A stretch of DNA of 64,000 bases from assembly GCA_963707985.1 (NCBI GenBank), contig CAVPRW010000007.1, positions 64,001-128,000 of the forward strand, in the 5' to 3' direction. This document shows, one piece after another, positions 1 through 10,461 of this stretch. How positions within the stretch are numbered: position 1 is the stretch's first letter; every line of letters starts with the position of its first letter. The DNA comes from an uncultured Nitrospinota bacterium (lineage in GTDB: Bacteria; Tectomicrobia; Entotheonellia; J063; CAVPRW01). The translations under genes were made by a program, and so were the position numbers. The notes under the pieces are model-generated. The model worked only from the letters and a program-made list of their open reading frames with translations, was not told where the DNA came from and made no database searches.

Positions 1-2419
1 AACACTTCAGGAGCAGGGTCAGGCGGCCGCGCTGGTACGCATGGGTGAATATACGGAGATGCTCGCGCCGGGCCAGTATCGGACCGACCTCACCACGCCC
101 GCGACGGTGCGCGAGCTACTCGATCTCATCCGCCAGCAGCAAGGACCTGTGGGCGGCCTCATCCACCTTCTTCCTCTGCGAAATGGCCATGGTTTCGATG
201 CGATTGAACACGCCGCTGCATACGACCGTAGCCAAACGGAAGTCAAGAGTCTGTTCAATTTGACCAAGGAGGCAAGCAAAGACCTCAGAGAAGCCGCGCA
301 ACGGGGGGGCGCATATGTGCTGGCCGCCACCGCCATGGGAGGGACGTTTGCGAGCGTGAGCTCGGATGATGGGCCAGCATTCTTCCCAGGCCACGGCGGT
401 GTGGCCGGGTTAGTCAAAACGGTGGCGCGAGAATGGCCAGCCGTCCGGGCGAAAGTCATCGACACCGATGGATTGGCGTCACCTAGTGATGTCGCAACGA
501 AGGTTCTGCGGGAGATGCGCGCTGGAGATGCGGCGGTCGAGGTCGGCTATCAAGGCTCACGGCGCCTTGTGCTGCAACCAACGCTGAGTCCACTAGATCG
601 GGAGGAAGCTCCGGCGCTCATGATCGACTCTGCGTGGGTGATTCTGGTCACCGGTGGGGCCCGAGGCATTACTGCTGACGTCGCCCGTGAGCTTGCCGAG
701 CGATACCAGCCGACGCTCCTGCTCGTCGGCCGCACACCCCTGCCCCTCACAGAAGAAGCGCCCACGACTCAGGGGCTCGACTCGCCGCGGGACTTGAAAG
801 CAGCCCTGATGGAGGAGATGCGCGACACGGGCGAGGCGATCACCCCGGCCAAGGTTGAAACCGCCTACAACCAACTGCTTAAAGAGCGTGAGATCCGCGA
901 CAACTTGCGCGCGATGCAGAACGCCGGCGCAAACGTGCACTATTACCAGGTGGACGTCTGCGATGAACGAGCCTTTGGTGACCTGATCGATGCCATCTAT
1001 CACGACTACGGTCGGCTCGATGGTGTCATCCACGGCGCAGGAATCATCGAAGACAAGTTCATCGAAGATAAGATGCTGGACTCTTTCGCCCGGGTGTTCG
1101 ACACCAAGGTACGCAGCGCCTGGCTCTTAAGTCATAAGCTGAAGCTTGATGAGCTGTCGTTCCTGGTCTTCTTCTCTTCGATTTCCGGACGGTTCGGGAA
1201 TCGTGGCCAATGCGACTATGCTGCCGCCAACGAAGTCCTGAACAAGCTGGCCCTGTCGCTGGATCGACAATGCCCCGGTCGGGTGGTGTCCATCAACTGG
1301 GGCCCATGGGAAAGTGGCATGGTATCGCCCGAGCTCCAGAAGCAGTTCGCCCAACATGGCGTGGTCATCATCCCACGCAGCGCGGGGCGCAAGAGCCTGG
1401 ACCAGGAGCTGCGTTGGGGAAGAAAAGGGGAGGTCGAAGTCCTGCTCGGGGGTATCGAGGCTGGACGACTTGCAACGCCACCGGCGCCCCATGCCATGCC
1501 GTCTGAGGGGAACAGCACCTTCCCCCTCATCAGCACTGGTGCGAACCTGTCGCGGCTGGCAGACGGCTCAGTTGAGATTATTCGGCCTCTAGACCCAGCC
1601 CACGACGTTTATCTGAACGATCATCGACTCGACGGAAAACCTGTTTTCCCCATGGCGATGGCCTTGGAGCTGATGGCAGAGGCAGCTGCTGCGGGCTGGC
1701 CCGATCTACACGTGATTGAGATGAAGGAGCTACGGCTCCTCCGAGGCTTAGTGCTCGAACACGGTGCTCAGCCGGTTCGGGTGTTGGCCAAGCCTGCAGG
1801 TTCCCCTATCCGTGATGGGCTGGAAATCGAGGTCAGCATTGCCGGGGTTGCACCGCAGGCTCCGCTGCACTACAAGGCCATTGCCTGCATGGGGCCCAGG
1901 CTTCCGTCTGCTCCTGACCTCGAGGCCTTTGCCCTCAGGGATGTCGTGTCTCTGCCGTTTTCGGTGGAAGAAATGTACCGGCAATGGCTGTTTCACGGAC
2001 CGCTCATGGCGGGGATCCTTGAGATTCAAGGGATTGGGACCAACGGAATTGCCGGCGACCTGGTGCCATCCGTGCCCCAGAGTTGCCTCGGCAGACAGGC
2101 GCAGGGCACCTGGGTGATCGACCCGGTGGTATTGGACAGTGCCCTGCAGATGATCATCGTCTGGACCAGGAGGCATTGGGATATGACACCCCTGCCGTCC
2201 CGTATGCAATCCTATAAACGATTCGGAGCCCTCGCGGGACAACGGATCAATTGCCGAATGCGGATCGAATCTGATGCCGCTGGGCACATTGTGCATTGTT
2301 TTGTCGCGTTCTATGGAGAGGCGGGAAACCTACTGGGGCTGGTCGAAGATGCGGAAGGCGTATGCAGTAAAGCCTTGAACCGCTTGACACATATGAAGGA
2401 CAACCCCGAGTCGAGGTAA
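1..2419 (+). CDS. Iterative type I PKS (PfaA/HglE-like), C-terminal KR and DH domains; 5' end lies outside the window
   Basis: KR NADPH motif VTGGARGIT, catalytic DYAAAN, DH motif YLNDHRLDGKPVFP and LDSALQ. Confidence 0.9.
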   Translation, partial: TLQEQGQAAALVRMGEYTEMLAPGQYRTDLTTPATVRELLDLIRQQQGPVGGLIHLLPLRNGHGFDAIEHAAAYDRSQTEVKSLFNLTKEASKDLREAAQRGGAYVLAATAMGGTFASVSSDDGPAFFPGHGGVAGLVKTVAREWPAVRAKVIDTDGLASPSDVATKVLREMRAGDAAVEVGYQGSRRLVLQPTLSPLDREEAPALMIDSAWVILVTGGARGITADVARELAERYQPTLLLVGRTPLPLTEEAPTTQGLDSPRDLKAALMEEMRDTGEAITPAKVETAYNQLLKEREIRDNLRAMQNAGANVHYYQVDVCDERAFGDLIDAIYHDYGRLDGVIHGAGIIEDKFIEDKMLDSFARVFDTKVRSAWLLSHKLKLDELSFLVFFSSISGRFGNRGQCDYAAANEVLNKLALSLDRQCPGRVVSINWGPWESGMVSPELQKQFAQHGVVIIPRSAGRKSLDQELRWGRKGEVEVLLGGIEAGRLATPPAPHAMPSEGNSTFPLISTGANLSRLADGSVEIIRPLDPAHDVYLNDHRLDGKPVFPMAMALELMAEAAAAGWPDLHVIEMKELRLLRGLVLEHGAQPVRVLAKPAGSPIRDGLEIEVSIAGVAPQAPLHYKAIACMGPRLPSAPDLEAFALRDVVSLPFSVEEMYRQWLFHGPLMAGILEIQGIGTNGIAGDLVPSVPQSCLGRQAQGTWVIDPVVLDSALQMIIVWTRRHWDMTPLPSRMQSYKRFGALAGQRINCRMRIESDAAGHIVHCFVAFYGEAGNLLGLVEDAEGVCSKALNRLTHMKDNPESR

Positions 2420-2423
2420 GCGC

Positions 2424-5400
2424 ATGATCTCCCCTGAAGGGCAAGGATACTTCGATGGCAGTGCAGTCCGAGGCGATGTGGCGATCATCGGTATGGCATG
2501 CGTTTTCCCAGGCGCCCCTGATCTTGATACCTTCTGGCACAACATCGTCAACAAAGTTGACGCCATCACCGATGTTCCGCCGGAGCGGTGGGACCCCGAT
2601 ATTTTCTTCGATCCGACGTCTTTCGCCAATGATCGAGTGTACTCCAAGCGCGGGGGATATTTGACGTATCCCGTACAGTTTAACCCCGCCGATGTTGGAG
2701 TGATACCCATCACGGTCATTCACGGCGAACCGGAGCAGTTTCTGGCGCTGATGGTCGCCCATCAGGCCCTGGCCGATGCAGGCTATCTCGATCGCCCCAC
2801 GAACCGCGATCGGACGCAGGTCATCGTGGGTCGGGGCAATTACTTAAACCGTGGCATTTTGACCATGATGCAGCACGTTCGGGGGGCAGAGGACGCGCTG
2901 CGGATCATCCAGCGCTTCCGCCCTGAGTTGACTGAGGCGGAGTTGCGGGCGATTAAGGAAGAGCTCAAAGCCAGTCTTCCTATTTTCAATGCTGACACTG
3001 CACCCACACTCATTCCGAATCTCACTACAGGACGCATCGCCAATCGCCTGGATTTGATGGGGACCAATTTCACGGTGGACGCTGCCTGCGCCTCCTCTTT
3101 GGTCGCTACAGAGATTGGGGTACGGGACCTCTTGACCCGGAAGTGTGACCTGGTCCTGGTCGGCGGTATCTACGTCTCCACCGATGTAGGATTTCAGTCC
3201 ATTTTCTGCCAGCTGCATGCGTTGTCTCACCGATCACAGATTCGCCCCTTTGACAAGGATGCTGACGGTCTCCTGCTGGGAGAAGGGGCGGGTTGTATCG
3301 TGCTGAAACGTCTGGAGGACGCTGAACGAGACGGTGACCGCATCTATGCCGTGATCAAGGGCGTGGGGACCTCCAGTGATGGACGAGCCTTGGGTGTTCT
3401 TGCGCCACGAGTCGAAGGGGAGGAATTAGCCCTGCAACGCGCCTATACCATGGCGGGAATTTCCCCCAAGACGGTGCAGCTCATCGAAGCGCATGGGACG
3501 GCAACCATTGCAGGGGATGTTGCCGAGGTTCAGGCCATGACACGGGTGTTTGGCCAGCGCGATGGCCCGCTGGCGTGGTGCGCGTTAGGGTCCATCAAGT
3601 CTATGATCGGTCACCTCATGCCGGCAGCCGGCATCGCCGGGCTGATCAAAACCGCTCTGGCACTGTATCATAGGACGTTGCCGCCCACGTTGAACTTCAA
3701 AACACCCAATCCACGACTGGAGCTAGAGAGAACACCTTTTTATATTAACACCGAAACGCGCCCGTGGATTCGTGCGTCGGATCAGACGCCTCGACGAGCT
3801 GGGGTGAATGCCTTCGGATTCGGAGGTATCAATGCCCATGTCATCTTGGAGGAGTACCGCCAGAGCGAGGAGACCGACCTTCACACCCATCTGCTCCAGT
3901 GGGAGACCGAAGTCTGCATCGTGCAGGGCAGCACCCGCCAGGATCTCACCGAACAGCTGCGCCACCTCCAGCAATACCTGCAAGACGCCCCGCAAATCTC
4001 CCTGAAGGATTTGGCTTACACCCTGAACATAGAGCTCAAGCAACCATACCGTGTAGCAATCGTGGCGTCCTCTATCGACGACCTCCGGACCAAGATCGAG
4101 CGTACATTGCAACGCTTGTCGGACCATCAGCGTCAGCAGATTAAGGATCGCGACGGCATTTATTTCTTTGAACAGCCGCTGAGTCAAACAGGAAAGCTCG
4201 CTTTCCTGTTTCCAGGTGTGGGGGCGGCGTACATCAACATGCTGTCGGATTTGTGCCTGCACTTCCCAGAGGTCAGAAGCTGCTTTGACCTGGCGGATCA
4301 ACTCTTTACTCCTCGTCAGCACTCATCCCTCTTACCCAGTCAGATCATCTATCCCCCGCCTGATCCCTCCGCACCAGAACGTTCGCAGGTGCAGCAACGG
4401 CTCTGGCAAGAAGACGGTGTCTTGGAGGCTATCCATGCCGCCGATGGAGCACTCTTTGCCCTCTTGAAACGTCTCGCTGTTTGCCCCGAGATGGTAGTAG
4501 GCCACAGCTTCGGCGATTTTTTCTCACTGTTGCTGGCGGCATCTCCAGACGCGCCCAGAGAAGTCATCATCGATGCCATGGTCGCCCTGGAGCAAAGCGT
4601 CCATAACACCATCCATACGTATGATCAGCTGCGCACTGCGGGCAAGATTCCACAGAATGTCGCTTTAGTGAATGTGGGAGCGGATTCCAGCACGATATTG
4701 AACCTCTTCGAGGCCATCAACGGCCGCCTGCACATCTCCATGGATAACTGTCCTCACCAAGTGGTGGTCGTTGGCGAACAGGGAGCGATTGCGCAGTTAA
4801 CCGTATTACTGAAAGAAAAAGGCATTTTTTACGAAGAATTGCCCTTGGATCAGCCGGCGTATCACACCCCAATGTTTGAGGGAGCCCGTGGCCTGCTGGA
4901 AGACCACCAGTGGATGCCCCCTACTCACCTTGTGGCGGTCTACTCCTGTACAACTGCAAGCCCCTATCCGCGTGAGCCGGCGGCTATCCGGCAGCTCAGT
5001 GTCGAGCACTGGATGCGGCGTGTAGAATTCCGCAAGACCATTGAGGCGATGTACGAGGCAGGGGCACGGATCTTTGTCGAGGTCGGGCCGGGTGGTATTC
5101 TGACAGCCTTCGTCGATGACATTCTGCGCGGACGCCCCTACCTGGCGGTGGCCTCCAATGTGCCCCGCCGTTCAGGGATCACGCAACTCAATCACCTCGT
5201 GGGCATGCTGGCTAGCCAGAGGATTCCCTTAAGCCTTGAGTATTTGTATAAGCGCCGAGCGCCCCGACGGCTCTCGCTCGACGCGGCCCTCGACAGCCCA
5301 ACCAACGGACACAACTCTCCTGGTATGGTAGACCTGGCTCTACTGGGTACTCCCTCCCTGAAGCTCTCTCCCCAGCCTCTAGCGGTAGGAGACGTGGCAC

Positions 5401-7523
5401 CGGCTTTCCCTCCCCGGCACGACCACCATGCGACTCCACAGCCGCCAGCACAGCAGGATGGGACACTAAAAGCTAATCAAAGCCAGCGATCCAAACCAGC
5501 TACTGCAAGTCACGAAATACGACAAGTGTCCGCACCTGCGGTACCCCTGATGGCCGAAAGCACCCCACCCGCCCACGATCCCGACGGGCATGCGATAGGA
5601 AATCCTCCTCCGCCAAGCGTTCTGAGCAACGCCATGCACAGCTATCTACAGACGATGGATGTGTTCTTAGAGACCCAAGCCAATGTCATGCACCATCTCA
5701 TGGCCAGGGCACGGGGCAGCTCCCCCCCGAACCCGCAGCCTATGCAGCTGAGAGGCGGGCCCGGCCAATCGATGCACACGCAGATGCCAGCTTTTCCGTT
5801 TGTTGGCAAGATCATCTCCATGGTTCCCTCCCAAGAGGTGGTGACGTATCGGCAAATCACCCTAGCTGAGGATCGACTCCTCCACGATCATACCTTCGGG
5901 GGGCAGGTCTCGGCCGTCGATGCCACGCTCGAGCCACTGCCGGTCATCCCCATGACCATGGCCATGGAGATCATGGCCGAAACTGCTGCCCTGTTAATGC
6001 CGGAAAAACGGCTGATTGGGATGAAGGATATCCAGACCTATCAATGGATCGACCTGGAGGAGGAGCAAACTATCCTGCAAATCAGCGCCCGCCGGCGAGC
6101 TGCGGATCAGCCTGAAATTGAGGTCCGGGTCTACAACCTCGGCAAAACCGGCGAGGACAATGCCGGCAAAGGTGTCCTGGCTCTGCAAGGTATGATGATC
6201 TTCGGAGACATGTATCCGGAACCGCCTCAGGTGCAGCCCCCGACTTTGACTTCGCCCAGGCGAACCGAGTTTACCGCCAGGGAGATGTACCAGGAAGGAT
6301 TGATGTTCCACGGCCCACGGTTCCAGGGAGTGGCAGCGCTAGATGCGATCGCCGAGGAAGGCGTTGTAGGGCAACTTCTGACGCTTCCCATAGATAACCT
6401 GTTCCGCTCTACTGAGCAGCCTCACTTGCTCACCGACTTTGCTCTCCTGGATGCGGCCGGCCAACTCGTGGGCTACTGGCCCTTGGAGTGGGTGCAGACC
6501 GGGTATGTGATGTTTCCCATCAGGTTAGACGATTTGCGCATTTACGGACCCTTGCTCTCCCCAGGGCACACAGTTGTCTGTCAGGTGCAGATGCGAAATG
6601 TGCACCAAAAATATATGCGGGCAGACATCGACATAATCGGCCCTGACGGACAGCTCTGGATGCGTCTGGAGGGATGGTGCGATTGGCGCTTCTACTGTCC
6701 TGATGAGGCATACGACTTTTCCCGTTTCCCCGGGGAAATTGTGGCTAGCAAACCGATGGCCGCCGTTGTTGCTCGTTTTTCCTCGCCTGAGCAGTTTCAC
6801 TGCTGCATAGCTGAACACAGTGAGGCTTTATATTCCAAGGATGCTTTGGCTTTCTGGATCAAGATGTGGGCGCGTTTGATTTGCAGTCGCCAGGAGCGGC
6901 AAGCGTTCTACAGCCTCGGTGGGCAGGAAGAGCAGCAAATCGAGCGGCTGCTGGCGCGAATCGCGGCGAAAGATGCGGTGCGCAGTTTGTTCCATCAGCT
7001 GCATGGGACTCGCGTTCATCCTGCGGATATCGACCTGGTCGTGGATGACAGCGGCCGTCCGGAACCGCGAGGCTACTGGCAACAGGAGATTGGCTACACA
7101 CCCGCCCTGGCGCTTTCGCATGGCGGTCAGCTGGCCATTGCTATCGCTGGCCGATGCGACCATCAACGCCTTGGCGTCGACCTGCAGCTGATTGAGTCAC
7201 AAAGACCGGAATTTGAGGCGGGCGCCTTTCCTCCAGAAGAACAACGTCTCTTGGAAAGCATCGAAGCTTCAGCTCGCCTCGAATGGCTGACGCGGTTCCG
7301 GTGTGCGAAGAACGCCATCGGGAAAGGGCTCGGCTGTGGATTAAAGTATGGCCCACCGAGCGTGATCGTCAGGGCATTTGACCCGGACGCTGAGGTAGTC
7401 AAGGTAGTCCTTGGCGACAAGCTTGCCGATGAGTTCCCAGCATTGGCCGACATCTCAATGAGCGTCTACACGATCCGTCATCGGGATTTTATTATCGCAA
7501 GCACCCTGTGTGAGGGGGCATGA
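2424..7523 (+). CDS. Type I PKS: KS-AT-DH plus a C-terminal PPTase-like domain
   Basis: KS triad DAACASS / EAHGT / KSMIGH; AT GHSFG and AYHT; DH HDHTFGG and DAAGQ; C-terminal AAKDA...LSH...GVD..CAK. Confidence 0.9.
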   Translation: MISPEGQGYFDGSAVRGDVAIIGMACVFPGAPDLDTFWHNIVNKVDAITDVPPERWDPDIFFDPTSFANDRVYSKRGGYLTYPVQFNPADVGVIPITVIHGEPEQFLALMVAHQALADAGYLDRPTNRDRTQVIVGRGNYLNRGILTMMQHVRGAEDALRIIQRFRPELTEAELRAIKEELKASLPIFNADTAPTLIPNLTTGRIANRLDLMGTNFTVDAACASSLVATEIGVRDLLTRKCDLVLVGGIYVSTDVGFQSIFCQLHALSHRSQIRPFDKDADGLLLGEGAGCIVLKRLEDAERDGDRIYAVIKGVGTSSDGRALGVLAPRVEGEELALQRAYTMAGISPKTVQLIEAHGTATIAGDVAEVQAMTRVFGQRDGPLAWCALGSIKSMIGHLMPAAGIAGLIKTALALYHRTLPPTLNFKTPNPRLELERTPFYINTETRPWIRASDQTPRRAGVNAFGFGGINAHVILEEYRQSEETDLHTHLLQWETEVCIVQGSTRQDLTEQLRHLQQYLQDAPQISLKDLAYTLNIELKQPYRVAIVASSIDDLRTKIERTLQRLSDHQRQQIKDRDGIYFFEQPLSQTGKLAFLFPGVGAAYINMLSDLCLHFPEVRSCFDLADQLFTPRQHSSLLPSQIIYPPPDPSAPERSQVQQRLWQEDGVLEAIHAADGALFALLKRLAVCPEMVVGHSFGDFFSLLLAASPDAPREVIIDAMVALEQSVHNTIHTYDQLRTAGKIPQNVALVNVGADSSTILNLFEAINGRLHISMDNCPHQVVVVGEQGAIAQLTVLLKEKGIFYEELPLDQPAYHTPMFEGARGLLEDHQWMPPTHLVAVYSCTTASPYPREPAAIRQLSVEHWMRRVEFRKTIEAMYEAGARIFVEVGPGGILTAFVDDILRGRPYLAVASNVPRRSGITQLNHLVGMLASQRIPLSLEYLYKRRAPRRLSLDAALDSPTNGHNSPGMVDLALLGTPSLKLSPQPLAVGDVAPAFPPRHDHHATPQPPAQQDGTLKANQSQRSKPATASHEIRQVSAPAVPLMAESTPPAHDPDGHAIGNPPPPSVLSNAMHSYLQTMDVFLETQANVMHHLMARARGSSPPNPQPMQLRGGPGQSMHTQMPAFPFVGKIISMVPSQEVVTYRQITLAEDRLLHDHTFGGQVSAVDATLEPLPVIPMTMAMEIMAETAALLMPEKRLIGMKDIQTYQWIDLEEEQTILQISARRRAADQPEIEVRVYNLGKTGEDNAGKGVLALQGMMIFGDMYPEPPQVQPPTLTSPRRTEFTAREMYQEGLMFHGPRFQGVAALDAIAEEGVVGQLLTLPIDNLFRSTEQPHLLTDFALLDAAGQLVGYWPLEWVQTGYVMFPIRLDDLRIYGPLLSPGHTVVCQVQMRNVHQKYMRADIDIIGPDGQLWMRLEGWCDWRFYCPDEAYDFSRFPGEIVASKPMAAVVARFSSPEQFHCCIAEHSEALYSKDALAFWIKMWARLICSRQERQAFYSLGGQEEQQIERLLARIAAKDAVRSLFHQLHGTRVHPADIDLVVDDSGRPEPRGYWQQEIGYTPALALSHGGQLAIAIAGRCDHQRLGVDLQLIESQRPEFEAGAFPPEEQRLLESIEASARLEWLTRFRCAKNAIGKGLGCGLKYGPPSVIVRAFDPDAEVVKVVLGDKLADEFPALADISMSVYTIRHRDFIIASTLCEGA

Positions 7524-7524
7524 C

Positions 7525-7830
7525 ATGGTGGAAGCCACACGTGAGCAGATCGCTGTCGATCTAAAAAAGATCTTCAAGGACACCATGGGGGACTGGGAGT
7601 ATTCCGGTGAGATCCTCCCGGAGACCCGTCTCTTCGCTGATTTAGGATTGGAATCCATCGACATGGTGGCTCTTGGAGCAGCTATCGAGGAACATTATGG
7701 ACGGACTTTTCCCTTTGCCCAGTGGCTGTCTCAGTTGCGTGAGCAACAAGTCGATGACATCCGTGTCAATGACGTCATCCAGTTTCTCCACGACAATATG
7801 AATAGTTCCCTCGCCGGAGACCGCCCATGA
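7525..7830 (+). CDS. Stand-alone acyl carrier protein
   Basis: DLGLESID phosphopantetheine attachment motif, about 100 aa, acidic. Confidence 0.88.
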   Translation: MVEATREQIAVDLKKIFKDTMGDWEYSGEILPETRLFADLGLESIDMVALGAAIEEHYGRTFPFAQWLSQLREQQVDDIRVNDVIQFLHDNMNSSLAGDRP

Positions 7831-9433
7831 CAGAGCGTGTCCTGCTGATCGGCCTGGATGGCGGCACCTTTACGACCCTCGATCCCCTCATGGACCAGGG
7901 CATCATGCCCTTCCTGAAGGAATTTGTCGCCGCCGGTGTGCGTAGGTCCGCTGCGCTCGGTCATCCCGCCGCTGACGCCTCCAGGGTGGACCTCTTTGGT
8001 CACCGGTCGCACGCCTGGCAATCATGGAGTTATGGACTTCTTCCGGTTCGAGTCCTCTGGAACCCACTATCTCCGACTGGTGGACTCTCGTGACGTCAAG
8101 TGTGAGACGATCTGGTCCATCCTCAGTCGCCAAGGCCTGAGGGCAACCGTGTTGAATTTTCCGCTGATGACCCCGTCACGTCCCCTGGCCGGCAATGCAG
8201 TCCCCGGCTGGGCACCGTGGCGACATCTCCCGCGCCTGTGTTTCCCACGCGACCTCTATGACAAGATCAAGGCCGTCCCCGGTTTTAACGTGCAAGAACT
8301 TGCCATGGACCTGAAACTCGAGGGCAAGGCCATTGAGGGCAGCGCCAAGGAAGAATACGAGGACTGGATTCTGTTCCATATTCGGCGAGAACGGCAATGG
8401 TTCGAGATTCTACGCTACCTGATGCAGGAAGATCCCTGCCACCTGACGGCTGTGCTCTTCGATGGCGTCGATAAGCTGCAGCACCTGTTGTGGCGCTTCA
8501 TCGATCCCGCCTACGTGCCGGCGCATCCGTCGGTCTGGGAACAGCATATCCGCGAGCTTTGCCTAAATTACTTCCGCCAGCTTGATGGACTTCTGGCTGA
8601 AGCTGTCGCCATGGCCGGCCCGGACGCGTCGGTCTTCATCGCCTCTGATCACGGCTTTGGCCCCAGCACCGAGGTCTTCTATCTCAATACATGGCTCCAC
8701 CAACAAGGATATTTGGCCTGGGGAGCCGATGCTCATGAAGATACCAGTGAAGCAGGCCGGTTGGGTGTGGGCCGGGTCAGCCAAACACCGTCGATGATTG
8801 ACTGGAGCCGCACCACGGTCTATGGCCTGACGCCTAGCAGTAACGGCGTGCACATTGATGTCGCCGGTCGGAGAGGGCCCCAGGGCGTCGATCCGCAGGC
8901 CTATGAGGGACTTCGTGCTCAGGTTGCAGGATCAGTTGTGCCAATTCCGTGATCCCGCGACCGGAGAGCGTGTCGTTTCCCAGGTTTTGACGCGTGAGGC
9001 GGCGTTTCCAGGAGAGCAGATGGGACGAGCCCCCGACCTGACCCTGTCGATTAGAGATGGGGGGTTTGTGTCTATCCTCAAATCGGATGTCGGGCTGAAG
9101 CCCCGCCCAGAAGTAGTGGGAACACACCGCCCAGAGGGCATTTTCATGGCCAAAGGCCCGGGAATCCACCGCGGACTCCCTCTGTCTGAGCTCTCGATTA
9201 CCGATGTCGCACCTACACTCCTGTATACCCTGGGTCTGCCGGTGCCGCGGGATCTAGAAGGGCAAGTCGCCGAGCTGATCTTTGAGCCAGCCGCGCTGCA
9301 CCAGCGTCCAATTCGCGCTGGTGAACCGACACGTGTTCCTGAGGCATTTCCCCAATCGCCGTCTGATCAAGAAGATCAAGACGGCGAAGCCCAAGTCCTC
9401 GAGCGCCTCAGAAACCTCGGGTATGTGGAGTAG
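7827..9433 (+). CDS. Alkaline phosphatase superfamily / nucleotide pyrophosphatase-phosphodiesterase, with two frameshifts (~7944, ~8923)
   Basis: IGLDG, PPLTPPGWTS..TG..PGNHG, DKLQH, SDHGF, GTHRPEG and LRNLGY spread over three overlapping ORFs. Confidence 0.85.
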
Positions 9434-9454
9434 TTCGGAGAGAAGGTAGCCAAG

Positions 9455-10273
9455 ATGCCGAAGGCCTTCGTCAATGGGATTCATCTCCATTACGTCCAGA
9501 CCGGCAAGGGACCTGACCTGGTGCTAATCCATGGCATCGCGAGCAATCTCGGGCAGTGGCAACTGAGCATCCTTCCGGCACTAGTGGAAGATTTTCGGGT
9601 GACGATGTATGACCTCCGCGGACATGGGTACAGCGATATGCCTCCCGAGGGTTATACGCCTGGTCATATGGTAGACGATTTCAGCGGTCTGATGGACTAC
9701 CTCCAGCTACAACGGCCCTGCATTCTTGGTCATAGCTATGGTGGGCTGGTGGCGCTGCGCTATGCGGCTCTTCACCCTCAGCGCGTGGAGAAGCTCATTA
9801 TCGCCGACACCGCAGTCCCTTCTCTGCAGCCGATGGGAGCACGCGACGGCCTGCTGGGCGGATGGCGGGAGGCTTTGCGACAGAAGGGCCTCGACGTACC
9901 AGATGAGAAGGCGGAGGACGTGGTGTATTTGATGGAGCAAACGTTGAGACTGCGAGGACAGCGCTGGCGTGGAATGGGGTTACGGCGTGCCATGGCACGA
10001 CTCTCGCGCCTGGTGCACATGACTTCTATCGGCAAGGAGTATCGCGACAATTCCCTGCTGACACCGGAGACGATTCGCCTGATTCAAACCCCAGTCTTGC
10101 TCATCTATGGAGATCGTTCCCCTAATACCACGAGTTTCCATGCTCTGCGTGAGCATCTACCCCAATGCACGACAGCCATCATTTCTGATGGAGGACACTT
10201 CTATCCGCTCGAACATCCGAAGGCGTTTGTTCGCCATATCAAAGGGTTTCTGCAAGACCAAAGCGCGACTTAA
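9455..10273 (+). CDS. Alpha/beta hydrolase (possible thioesterase)
   Basis: LIHG, YDLRGHG, GHSYGG nucleophile elbow, C-terminal GGHF. Confidence 0.88.
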   Translation: MPKAFVNGIHLHYVQTGKGPDLVLIHGIASNLGQWQLSILPALVEDFRVTMYDLRGHGYSDMPPEGYTPGHMVDDFSGLMDYLQLQRPCILGHSYGGLVALRYAALHPQRVEKLIIADTAVPSLQPMGARDGLLGGWREALRQKGLDVPDEKAEDVVYLMEQTLRLRGQRWRGMGLRRAMARLSRLVHMTSIGKEYRDNSLLTPETIRLIQTPVLLIYGDRSPNTTSFHALREHLPQCTTAIISDGGHFYPLEHPKAFVRHIKGFLQDQSAT

Positions 10274-10461
10274 AGAACGGAGAAGACTTTGTGGAAGCTT
10301 TCTGCGTGGTCTTTTTTGCGCCAGGGCCTGGCGGAGCCGTCGTGGTAAGACCTCTCAGGTTAGGCAAGGCTGGAAAGCGGGTGTCCTCCGCCTACATACC
10401 GGTGAAGAAGACGTGCCATCGCTGGCTCTGGCCGTTGAAGACCTCCGTTGAGGAGAACCCC

